A stretch of DNA of 64,000 bases. Source: an uncultured delta proteobacterium (GTDB taxonomy: Bacteria; Myxococcota; Myxococcia; Myxococcales; Myxococcaceae). The stretch lies in contig CAVZMH010000022.1 of assembly GCA_963776345.1 (NCBI GenBank), positions 320,001 to 384,000 of the forward strand. The letters are read 5' to 3'. Shown here piece by piece: positions 1-8,510 of the stretch (positions are counted from its first letter, which is position 1; every line of letters begins with the position of its first letter). Under the pieces are notes generated by a model, which did not search any database, was not told the origin of the DNA, and saw nothing but the letters and a program-made list of their open reading frames with translations. Position numbers and translations under genes: made by a program.

Positions 1-467
1 GAGCTCCGTGTCCCAGGCTTGGTAGACGGCGCCCATGCCGCCCAGGCCGAGGCGGCGCTTGATGTGGTACCGCTGACCGAAGGCCTCGCCGGTCCGGAGC
101 GGGCCCAGCTCTTCCGGCGCACCCGGGCCGAAGGCCGGCGTGTCGAACGATTCGGTGCCGCCGCCCGATTCGTGCCAGGAACGACCCGGAGGAATGGTGG
201 CCTCGGTGAACCCCGCAGAGGGTCTGCCGGGCAGCAGGGTCGCCTCCAGCGAGAACGGTGGGCTGGGGCGGTTGCCCGCGAGCGGCGAGACGCCGCCGGA
301 GCCGCCCTCGGGATGGAGCGCCAGCGGTACGTCGGCGCCGCACCGCGGGCACCGGGTGGCCAGCGGTGGACGGGATGGAGCGCCAGCGGTACGTCGGCGC
401 CGCACCGCGGGCACCGGGTGGCCAGCGGTGGGATTTCGGCCTTGCACGAGCCGCAGGCTGCGTTCAT
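1..467 (-). pseudogene. 5' part of a Ser/Thr protein kinase with N-terminal zinc ribbon; frame broken by a 62-bp duplication; runs off left edge
   Basis: Minus strand reads ...GEAFGQRYHIKRRLGLGGMGAVYQAWDTEL (kinase subdomain I). ATG at 467 gives MNAACGSCKAEIPPLATRCPRCGADV, which is in frame with the kinase only if one repeat copy is removed. Confidence 0.8.
309..431. repeat. Tandem duplication: two identical 61-bp copies, period 62
   Basis: 309-369 and 371-431 both read cgggatggagcgccagcggtacgtcggcgccgcaccgcgggcaccgggtggccagcggtgg. Confidence 0.95.
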
Positions 468-689
468 CGTGGATTCACCGGGTCGTTGCGTCCGGCGGCA
501 CTGTACAGGCGGCATCCGGGCAAGCCAACGAAGTCCGCGAGGCGCTGCGCACGGAAGATTGCGCTGCCGCGCGGGTGGCGCCTCGGGTAGGGCACGCGAT
601 GCATCCAGAGCCCGGACACCCGAGGTGCCCCAAGGCAGGAGCAGATCAAGGCGGCAGGCGAGCCGCTCTTGGGGGTGCTGAGGGCAGCT

Positions 690-887
690 CTACCAGCCCA
701 GGGGTCCGCCATCCGGATTGGGGAGGTGGCCACCATCCGGAAGCCCTCCGTCCGGCAGGAGCGGCAGGTTTCCGGGGTTGAGGTTGTTGCTGGGCGGCGG
801 GGTGCTGGTCGAATCGCCGCAGCGGGCAAGACTCACCAGGCTCATCCCGCCCACCACCAGGACTCCAAACAGCTTCTTGATGTTCAT
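690..887 (-). CDS. Small putative lipoprotein (65 aa) with PDGG repeats
   Basis: GGAGG RBS; MNIKKLFGVLVVGGMSLVSLARCGD signal with Cys; three PDGG repeats typical of myxobacterial lipoproteins. Confidence 0.65.
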   Translation of the reverse strand: MNIKKLFGVLVVGGMSLVSLARCGDSTSTPPPSNNLNPGNLPLLPDGGLPDGGHLPNPDGGPLGW

Positions 888-1140
888 CCCGTGCCTCCTC
901 GACCGCCACGCCCTCTGGAGGGAGGACACCGACCGGAACCTTCGTTGCGCCCCCCCCCCGAATTGACCGGTTCCCGACATCGAATTGGCGTGCCAACGGC
1001 GGCGGCGGCGGGACCCTCGAGCGGCAGCCCGGGGTTCCGCACGTCCCGTGTCGGTGCTTGCCCCTCATCGGAGCGGGACGTAGATCGCGAGCTCACGATC
1101 AGCGTTTGGCGGAGCGCCAGGATCCAGGCTGCAGCCGAGA

Positions 1141-2025
1141 ATGAATGCTTCCCCGAAAGAATCGAAGGAGTCCCGTTCGGTCACGCTGCTGCTGCACTGC
1201 CCCTTGCGCCTCGGCCTGGCCGCCAGCCTGACCCAGTTCATCTACACCCACGGGCGGCTCCTGTATCACGACCAGTACGTCGACCCCGAAGCCGACAATC
1301 ACTACTACACGCGCCTCAGGTGGGACGTCTCGAGCTTCGGGATGAGCGATGCGGAGATGGCCGAACGTCTCCGCCTCCTGATCGGCACCGAGCCCGACAC
1401 GGAGTGGTCGCTTCACTACTCGGATGACGTCGTCCGGATGGCCGTCTTCGTCTCCAAGGACCCCTGGTGCCTCTACGACATCCTCGCGCGCTGCCAGTCC
1501 GGGGAGTGGACGGTCGAGGTGCCGGTCATCGTCAGCAACCATCCTGACCTCGAGCCGGTGGCCCGGAGGTTTGGCGTCCCCTTCCGCGCGTTCTCCGTGA
1601 CCAAGGAGAACAAGGACCAGGTCGAGAGGGAGCAGCTGGAGCTCCTCCGGAGCCATCGCGTCGACCTCGTCGTCCTCGCGCGCTACATGCAGATCCTGAC
1701 GGGCGGGTTCGTGAAGGCGTACCCGAGCCGGATCATCAACATCCACCACGCCTTCCTTCCCGCCTTCCCCGGCGCGCGGCCGTACCACTCCGCCCGCGAG
1801 CGCGGGGTGAAGATCATCGGAGCGACCAGCCACTACGTGACGGAGACGCTGGATGCCGGCCCGATCATCGAGCAGGACGTCCAGCGCGTGACGCACCGCC
1901 ACTCGACCAAGGACCTGATCCGCTTCGGGCGGGATCTGGAAAAGGTCGTCCTGTCGCGGGCGATCTGGAGCCACCTCCGGCGAAAGGTCATCGTTCACAA
2001 GGGGCGAACGGTCGTCTTCGACTGA
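1141..2025 (+). CDS. purU: Formyltetrahydrofolate deformylase
   Basis: LVVLARYMQIL, IINIHHAFLPAFPGARPYH, RGVKIIGATSHYVT, LDAGPIIEQDV motifs. Confidence 0.95.
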   Translation: MNASPKESKESRSVTLLLHCPLRLGLAASLTQFIYTHGRLLYHDQYVDPEADNHYYTRLRWDVSSFGMSDAEMAERLRLLIGTEPDTEWSLHYSDDVVRMAVFVSKDPWCLYDILARCQSGEWTVEVPVIVSNHPDLEPVARRFGVPFRAFSVTKENKDQVEREQLELLRSHRVDLVVLARYMQILTGGFVKAYPSRIINIHHAFLPAFPGARPYHSARERGVKIIGATSHYVTETLDAGPIIEQDVQRVTHRHSTKDLIRFGRDLEKVVLSRAIWSHLRRKVIVHKGRTVVFD

Positions 2026-2080
2026 GGCCGGGTCGAGGCGCGTGGTGCAGCAGCGGCCACGCTATGGTCATGGACCATCG

Positions 2081-2917
2081 ATGGACGCTCCGGCCAGACA
2101 GGGGACGGCGCTCGACCCGTGGACCGTGGGGGCGATCGCCGTCGTCGCCTACGCCCTCGGCAACGTGGTGCACGAGGGACTGGGCCATGGCGGGGCGTGT
2201 CTCCTCGTGGGCGGACGGCCGGAGGAGCTCAACGCCATCTTCTTCGAGTGCGCGGTGGAGGGTCTCCCGTCGTCTGCCGGGCGCTGGCTCGCGGCCGGGG
2301 GGAGCATCGCCAATCTCGTCGTCGCCGCGCTGGCCTGGGCCTCGCTGAGGACGCTCCCGAGCCGATGGGGCCGGGCGCGCGATTTCGCCTGGCTGGTGCT
2401 GACGGTCAACGTGCTCCAGCCCTTCGGCTATCTCCTCTTCTCGGGCCTCGGAGGCATCGGAGACTGGGCGGTCGTCGTCCGGGGACTGCAGCCCGCCCTG
2501 GGCTGGCGGCTCGGGCTCGCCGTCCTTGGCGCGGTGCTCTACTTCTGGGTGGCGCCCCGGCTGCTGATGCCGGAGCTGGAGCCATTCCTCGGATCGGTCA
2601 TGGAGGAACGCGTGGCCCGGAGCCGCACGCTGGCGCTCGTTCCGTACCTCGCCGGAGGCACCACCTTCGTGCTGGCCGGCCTCCTCAATCCGCATGGACT
2701 CTCGCTGGTCCTGATCTCGGCGGCGGCCGCCTCCTTCGGCGGGACGTCCCTCCTCGCCTGGTATCCGGGGGTGTGGGCGCGTCGCGCTCCGGCGGGGTCG
2801 GCCGAGCCATCCCTCGGAGTCGCCCGGAGCTGGCCGTGGCTGGCGCTGGCGGCCGTGGTGCTCGGAGTCTTCGTCGGCGTGCTCGGCCCGGGCGTCGAGC
2901 TCGGCCCGCCGCGTTGA
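2081..2917 (+). CDS. Polytopic membrane protein with HEGLGH motif (possible M50-like metalloprotease)
   Basis: Multiple hydrophobic segments; VVHEGLGHGG near N-terminus; AAGGSIAN and GDW motifs. Confidence 0.6.
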   Translation: MDAPARQGTALDPWTVGAIAVVAYALGNVVHEGLGHGGACLLVGGRPEELNAIFFECAVEGLPSSAGRWLAAGGSIANLVVAALAWASLRTLPSRWGRARDFAWLVLTVNVLQPFGYLLFSGLGGIGDWAVVVRGLQPALGWRLGLAVLGAVLYFWVAPRLLMPELEPFLGSVMEERVARSRTLALVPYLAGGTTFVLAGLLNPHGLSLVLISAAAASFGGTSLLAWYPGVWARRAPAGSAEPSLGVARSWPWLALAAVVLGVFVGVLGPGVELGPPR

Positions 2918-2972
2918 CTCGGGCCTTCCGCTGCCGGTGGTCATCCTCACGGCGCCGAGGTAATCCCCATCC

Positions 2973-4487
2973 ATGCGCCAGCTTCGATCGTTCCTCGCCG
3001 TCGCCCTCGCAGCGATCTCGCTGGCCGGCTGCTCGAGCTCCTCGACGCCGCCGCCGCCTCCTCCTCCGGTTGACCCGTACCTGTACACGGCGCCGCCCGC
3101 CACGACGCCGGCCGCCAGCCTCGCCCCGGACACCTGGATCGCCCACCACCACGACGACCTGTTGCCGTTCTGGACCAGCAACGAGGCGCTCGGCGCGCCG
3201 GTCGGCAACTTTCCGACCTGGCGCGGGATGAATGGCGCGGTCACGGCCAACACCGCCCGCAAGCCGCGCATGATGGGGCGGCAGATCTACGCCTACGCCA
3301 TGGGCTACATGCTGACCGGCGACGAGTCGCTGCTCGCCAACGCCCGCGCCGGCACCGACTGGCTCCTGGCCCACGCCGTCGACACCAACGGCGGCTGGCA
3401 CGCCGACCTAAATCTCGACGGCACGCCGCTGGGCGCCGGGACCCGCTGGTCCCAGGACCTCGCCTACGATCTCATGGGACCGGCGGCGTACTTCTTCGTG
3501 ACCCGCGACGCCACGGCGGAGCAGGTGGTGCTGGCCGGGCGCGACGCCCTCTTCGATCCGGCCCGCTTCTGGGACGCCGCCAGCGGCCGGATCAAGGACG
3601 GGCTGGACGCCACCATGACCACCGAGCAGTGGATGGGGGCGACGGGGAGCTGGCAGCTGGTGGCGCAGCTCGACCCCGTCACCGCCTTCGAGCTGCTGGT
3701 CCAGCCGGTGCTCACCGATCCGGCCCGGCAAGCCCAGGCGCTCGGCGACCTGCGCACTCTGGGGACGCTGGTGCGCAACCGCTTCTGGCAGGACGGGATC
3801 TTCTGGGGCTCGACCGGCGACATCGGCACGTACGGGAGCGACCACACCGACTACGGCCACATCCTCAAGTCCTACTGGGCGCTCTTGCTCATCGACAAGC
3901 GGCTCGACGACCGGCCCTTCGCCTCGTTCCTGGCCACCAACGCGCCGGTCACGCTGGGGCAGGCCTACGACGCCAGCTACGACCGCTGGGCCAAGAGGCC
4001 CACCGGCCCGACCACGGTCGCGTACGGCTCCGACTGGTGGGCCTACGCCGAGGGCGATCAGCTGGCGGCAACGCTGGCGCTGCACGATCCAGCCTGGATC
4101 TCGAAGGTCGACCTGACCTCGACCCACTTCCGCGCCGACTACGTGGACCGGAGCCGGCCGGCGCGCGAGCTGGTCTCGTCGGTCTCGCGGACCGGGAGCT
4201 GGGTCTACCCCTGGCCCGACACCGACACCGCCAAGTGCAACGAGTGGAAGAACGGCTTCCACTCCACCGAGCACGCCCTGGTGATGTTCCTCTTCGGCCA
4301 CTACCTGGCCGGCACGCCGGCGCCGCTCTACTTCGCCTTCCCCGCGGCCCAGGTGGACGCGCTGGCGAAGGCGGCCCGCCCCTACACCTTCCAGGGGCGG
4401 TACGTGAGCCACGAGGACCTGGGGGCCATCGCGTCGGATCCGGCCGGCCGGCACAAGGTCAGGGTCCTCTTCGACCAGCTCCGGTAG
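2973..4487 (+). CDS. Lipoprotein with N-acylglucosamine 2-epimerase (AGE)-like (alpha/alpha)6 domain
   Basis: Lipobox LAGC, Pro-rich linker; GRQIYAYAMGYMLTGD, DYGHILK, WKNGFHSTEH resemble AGE-family motifs. Confidence 0.65.
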   Translation: MRQLRSFLAVALAAISLAGCSSSSTPPPPPPPVDPYLYTAPPATTPAASLAPDTWIAHHHDDLLPFWTSNEALGAPVGNFPTWRGMNGAVTANTARKPRMMGRQIYAYAMGYMLTGDESLLANARAGTDWLLAHAVDTNGGWHADLNLDGTPLGAGTRWSQDLAYDLMGPAAYFFVTRDATAEQVVLAGRDALFDPARFWDAASGRIKDGLDATMTTEQWMGATGSWQLVAQLDPVTAFELLVQPVLTDPARQAQALGDLRTLGTLVRNRFWQDGIFWGSTGDIGTYGSDHTDYGHILKSYWALLLIDKRLDDRPFASFLATNAPVTLGQAYDASYDRWAKRPTGPTTVAYGSDWWAYAEGDQLAATLALHDPAWISKVDLTSTHFRADYVDRSRPARELVSSVSRTGSWVYPWPDTDTAKCNEWKNGFHSTEHALVMFLFGHYLAGTPAPLYFAFPAAQVDALAKAARPYTFQGRYVSHEDLGAIASDPAGRHKVRVLFDQLR

Positions 4488-4716
4488 GGCGGGCCAACTC
4501 GCCGCGGCCGCGCCGCTCGCCTCGCCCCGGCCGGATGGTGGGACGCTTCGGCGTCGAGCGCTTTCTGCGCTCGGTCGGGACGGGCCAGGCGACGGCACGG
4601 CGCGAGCACGCAGAGAACTGAGCCGGCGCTCGGAGTGAATCGGGCCCGAAGCAGCTGGAGGCCGAAGACGACCCGCCACGGTACGGGGAATGCTCCGTAG
4701 GGCGGGCCAACTCGCT
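4484..4716 (+). repeat. Two GTAG-headed REP-like hairpins in direct orientation (4484-4503, 4697-4716)
   Basis: 19 identical nt gtagggcgggccaactcgc; GTAG followed by GGCGGG-CCAA-CTCGC(C/T) stem-loop. Confidence 0.7.
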
Positions 4717-4910
4717 GCACTCAATTTGCGTCGAGTTTCCGACCTCGGTGGCCACGACGCGGTGCACCAGACGCGAAGACTCCTTGAGGGGTCTGCTGCG
4801 CAAGGCTAGAAGCAGCCCCCAGTTGACGTGCGGTCGAGGAGGGGTGCGCCGGGCGCTGGAGTTCTGCGCTCGTGGTTGCCGTTGTCGGGCGATTCACAGG
4901 AGGCCGCGTC

Positions 4911-6719
4911 ATGTACCACCAGAACTACAACCCGACGGGAAACACGTTCCTGTCGACCCTCGTGGCAGCGGTCCCGATCGTCGTCCTGCTCTACTTCATC
5001 GCGCTCCACCCGCACCGGGACAAGCAGGGCGTCAAGCACCTCGGCATCTCGGCGCCCTATGCCGCCTTCTATGGCGTCATCGCGGCGTTCCTCGTCTCCT
5101 GCGTGCCGTTCCAGATGCCGGTCCTCTCCGCGATCTCGGCCTTCGTGCTCGGGGTCCTCTCCGGCTTCCTGGGGATCATCTGGATCGTGCTGGGGGCGAT
5201 GTTCCTCTACACGATGACGGTGATCACCGGGAAGTTCGAGATCGTGAAGGAGTCGATCATCCACATCTCCTTCGACCGGCGGCTGCAAGTCCTGCTCATC
5301 GCCTTCTCCTTCGGGGCGATCATCGAGGGGACCTCCGGCTTCGGCACCCCGGTGGCCATCGCCGGCGCGGTGATGGTCGGGCTCGGGTACAAGCCCTTCC
5401 AGTCCGCGGTCCTCAACCTGCTCGCCAACACCGCCCCGGTGGCCTGGGGCGCCATCGGGACGCCGATCGTCACCCTCGCGGCGGTGAGCGGGCTGGACCA
5501 GCTCACGCTCTCGACGATGGCCGGCCACCAGCTCCCCTGGGTGTCGATGCTGGTGCCCTTCTGGCTGGTCGTCACCTTCGTGAAGATGGAGGGTGGCACC
5601 TGGAAGGAGGCCTTCGAGGTGTGGCCGGGGGCGGTGGTGTCCGGCGGCTCGTTCGCCATCATGCAGTTCCTCGCCTCGGGCTGGGCTCCCACCCACCTCA
5701 TGACCGACGTGGTCGCGGGCGTGTTCTCGGTGATCTGCACCGCGCTGTTCCTGCGCTTCGTCTGGCACCCCAAGACCCGCTTCCTCCTGCAATCGGAGCG
5801 TGCATCGGCGGCGGCTGCGACCGCGGCCCAGGCCGCCGGGGACGAGAGCGGACGGTGGAAGTACAAGTACACCGTCGGCGAGACGATCTACGCCTGGACT
5901 CCCTGGGCGATCCTGATCCTCTGCTGCGCTCTGTGGGGCTGGCCGGAGACCAAGACGTTCCTCAACAACCTCTTCTCCGGGGTCAAGTTCCAGACCACCC
6001 TGCTCGGCTCGAAGTTCGGGGGCACGCTCTCGCTCCCGGTCTGGGACATGCCGCACCTGCACAACATGGTGCAGCGGATGCCGCCGGTCGCCGCAGTGAA
6101 TGCCAAGCCGGAGGCCGCGCGCTTCACCCTCAACTGGCTCTCCGCCGCCGGCACCGGCGTGTTCGTGGCCGCGATCCTCACCGGCCTGTTCCTCAAGCTC
6201 AGCGCCGCGCAGTGGAAGGAGGCCGTCGGGCGCACCCTGAACCGGATGAAGATCCCGGTCCTGGTCATCGGCCAGGTGCTCGGGCTCGGGTTCCTCACCC
6301 GCTACGCGGGCACCGACGCCGTCCTCGGCCTCGCCTTCACCTCCGCCGGCGTCCTCTACCCCTTCTTCGCCGCCTACCTCGGGTGGCTGGGCGTCTTCCT
6401 CACCGGGTCGGACACGGCGTCCAACGCGCTGTTCGGGAGCCTGCAGCGGATCACCGCCCAGCAGCTACACCTGAACGAGATCCTCATCGTGGCCACCAAC
6501 TCCACCGGCGGCGTGATGGGAAAGATGATCGACGCCCAGTCGATCATGGTCGCCTGCGCCGCCTGCTACGACGACCCCTACGAGCGCGCGCATGCGCTGG
6601 GGCCGATCTTCCGCAAGGTGTGGTGGCACTCGGTGGCCGGGGCGGCGGTGATCGGCATCATCGCGCTCCTCCAGGCGTACATCTTCACCGGGGCGATCCC
6701 GATACCGCCCGTCAAATAG
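4911..6719 (+). CDS. lctP: L-lactate permease family transporter
   Basis: AGGAGG RBS; DRRLQVLLIAFSFGAIIEGTSGFGTPVAI, ANTAPVAWGAIGTP, LTGSDTASNALFGSLQ, NSTGGVMGKMI. Confidence 0.9.
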   Translation: MYHQNYNPTGNTFLSTLVAAVPIVVLLYFIALHPHRDKQGVKHLGISAPYAAFYGVIAAFLVSCVPFQMPVLSAISAFVLGVLSGFLGIIWIVLGAMFLYTMTVITGKFEIVKESIIHISFDRRLQVLLIAFSFGAIIEGTSGFGTPVAIAGAVMVGLGYKPFQSAVLNLLANTAPVAWGAIGTPIVTLAAVSGLDQLTLSTMAGHQLPWVSMLVPFWLVVTFVKMEGGTWKEAFEVWPGAVVSGGSFAIMQFLASGWAPTHLMTDVVAGVFSVICTALFLRFVWHPKTRFLLQSERASAAAATAAQAAGDESGRWKYKYTVGETIYAWTPWAILILCCALWGWPETKTFLNNLFSGVKFQTTLLGSKFGGTLSLPVWDMPHLHNMVQRMPPVAAVNAKPEAARFTLNWLSAAGTGVFVAAILTGLFLKLSAAQWKEAVGRTLNRMKIPVLVIGQVLGLGFLTRYAGTDAVLGLAFTSAGVLYPFFAAYLGWLGVFLTGSDTASNALFGSLQRITAQQLHLNEILIVATNSTGGVMGKMIDAQSIMVACAACYDDPYERAHALGPIFRKVWWHSVAGAAVIGIIALLQAYIFTGAIPIPPVK

Positions 6720-6731
6720 CCGCCGTCCGCG

Positions 6732-6872
6732 TCACCTGGCAAGCAGGGCCGCGGCGAACACCGCGAGGCCCAGTCCCGCCATCGAGAGCAGGCGGAAGCG
6801 GATGAACAGCTGCCGGCTGGGGTTTTCGATGGCCGGCGTCCAGAGGCTCAGGGTCGCTTCGTGGGTATCCAT
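6732..6872 (-). CDS. Putative 46-aa protein with C-terminal hydrophobic helix (not in ORF track)
   Basis: GGAG about 9 nt upstream of ATG; MDTHEATLSLWTPAIENPSRQLFIRFRLLSMAGLGLAVFAAALLAR; fills the intergenic gap. Confidence 0.45.
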   Translation of the reverse strand: MDTHEATLSLWTPAIENPSRQLFIRFRLLSMAGLGLAVFAAALLAR

Positions 6873-6993
6873 GGGTGCGTTCTCCAGTGCGCCGGCATGA
6901 GTGCCGCGCGGGACTGAAGGTGCCGCCCATGGCAGCGGATCGCCAAGATATTCTTGGCCCTATCTCCATCACCTTTGGTTATGCCCCTCCCGT

Positions 6994-7659
6994 TCAGCGC
7001 GGTGTCTGCCCGGCGAGCAGCGCCTCGCCGGCGCGGACCCAGTCGTCGGCGTCGCGCTCGCCCGCTGCCGCCCGCGCCAGCTCGAGCCCGCGGCTCGCCG
7101 CCGCCCGCGAGCCGGCCTGGTCGTCGGCCGCCAGCAGCGCCTCCGAGAGGGCGAGCTGGTTGGGGGGATAGTCGGGGAAGAGCTCCGCCGCCTGCCGTGC
7201 AGACTTCAGCCCGGTCTCGGGGTCGCCCGGACCGAGCGGCCAGCCGGGGGCGCGCACCAGCACCAGCGCCAGCACCCGGGCCGGTCCGCCGTGGTCCAGC
7301 CGTGCATCGAGGCCGTTGGCCTTCTGGAGCAGCTCGACCATGGCCTTCAGTCCCTGGGTGGCGGTGGAAGGGCGCTCGCGCGCCTGGACGCCCAGCGCCA
7401 GCGCCAGGGCGTAGGTACATTCCGCCGAGGCGGGCGCCGCCCGCACGCAGCGCTGACCTGCGTCGACGGCCTTCTCGGCCAGGGCGCGCCGGACGTCTGC
7501 CGACGGCTCGTGCTCGCTCCGGTGCGTGGCCTCGCGCGCTTCGGCCGCCAGCGCGGCGGGGTCCTCCGGCACGGCCCCGGCGGCGGACGGCGGCAGCTCG
7601 CGCAGCGGCGCGGCGCAGGCAGCGGCACCGAGCAGCAGGACCAGAGGGCCGCGCCTCAC
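6994..7659 (-). CDS. TPR/TatT-like lipoprotein (BstC-like)
   Basis: GTG overlaps upstream stop (GTGA); LLLGAAAC lipobox; LDHGGPARVLALVLVRAPGWPLGPGD and LFPDYPPN motifs of TatT-like helical proteins. Confidence 0.7.
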   Translation of the reverse strand: MRRGPLVLLLGAAACAAPLRELPPSAAGAVPEDPAALAAEAREATHRSEHEPSADVRRALAEKAVDAGQRCVRAAPASAECTYALALALGVQARERPSTATQGLKAMVELLQKANGLDARLDHGGPARVLALVLVRAPGWPLGPGDPETGLKSARQAAELFPDYPPNQLALSEALLAADDQAGSRAAASRGLELARAAAGERDADDWVRAGEALLAGQTPR

Positions 7660-8474
7660 AGCTTGCGCACCGCCGCGAGCACGGTCGGGTCGAGCGGCAT
7701 GAAGCGGACCATCCGGATGCCGTCGAGCGCGCTGGCCCCGGCGGGATCGGCCGGGAGCGACAGGAGCGCCTTCTCCAGCGTGGCCCAGCGAGCGGACCCC
7801 AGCCGCTTGCCCACCGTCGACACCACCGCCGCCGGCAGCGGCTCCGAGCGGGCCAGCACCTCGAGCTCGGCGGCGAAGGGAAGCGTCGGCAGGGCGTCCC
7901 CCTGGGCGCCGTCGAGGAGCACCGCCACGTCCTCGCCCTTGACCACCCGGCGCAGCGCGGAGAGCACCTGCGCCGTCTCCGTCACCCTGGTGGACTCGGG
8001 CAGACGCCACGCCGCGCCGAGCACGCCGCGCACGAACCCGGGCGCGTAACCGGCGATGGAGAACACCGTCATGCCGGCCAGGTCCGCGGGCCTGGCGACG
8101 CGCCCCTTCTTCGCCACCAGCGTCCACCGCTCGCTGGGACCGAGCCCCTTCTGCTCCACCAGGAGCCGCGGCGTCAGCCCGAGCGCGGTGCCGTGCTGCA
8201 CGAGGAAGGGCAGCGGCACCAGCGCCACCCCTGCCTCGCGGATGCGGGTGAGGCCCTCCTTCTCGGTGGGCACGTAGGCGGCCACCACCTGCCCCGGGGC
8301 CCAGCTGGCCAGCCTGGTCACCGCGGAGGCGAAGGCGTCCATCGAGGGCTGGGCCTCCTCGGTGGTGCCTGGATAGCCGGGGGCGCAGGCGACGAAGGTC
8401 ACCGGCGGGTCGGCGGCTGCCTGCACCGGGGTGGCCGCGAGGGCAGTGGCCAGGGCAACGATCGCAGTGCGCAT
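7656..8474 (-). CDS. Periplasmic PhnD/phosphonate-binding-like protein (BstB-like)
   Basis: Signal peptide; type II periplasmic binding protein pattern (LVAKKG..ADLAG, VLSALRRVVKGEDVAVLLD, LEVLARSEPLP). Confidence 0.7.
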   Translation of the reverse strand: MRTAIVALATALAATPVQAAADPPVTFVACAPGYPGTTEEAQPSMDAFASAVTRLASWAPGQVVAAYVPTEKEGLTRIREAGVALVPLPFLVQHGTALGLTPRLLVEQKGLGPSERWTLVAKKGRVARPADLAGMTVFSIAGYAPGFVRGVLGAAWRLPESTRVTETAQVLSALRRVVKGEDVAVLLDGAQGDALPTLPFAAELEVLARSEPLPAAVVSTVGKRLGSARWATLEKALLSLPADPAGASALDGIRMVRFMPLDPTVLAAVRKL

Positions 8475-8510
8475 GGATCGACTCTACCCCGGTGCTACCG
8501 TGAGCCCGGC

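Noticed and set aside
309..431. Repeat as a CRISPR array
   Set aside because: Two adjacent 61-bp copies with no spacer, inside a coding region; no cas genes.
980..995. sigma54-like site TGGCACGCCAATTCGA upstream of the 690-887 lipoprotein
   Set aside because: Good -24 element but the -12 position is CG rather than GC.
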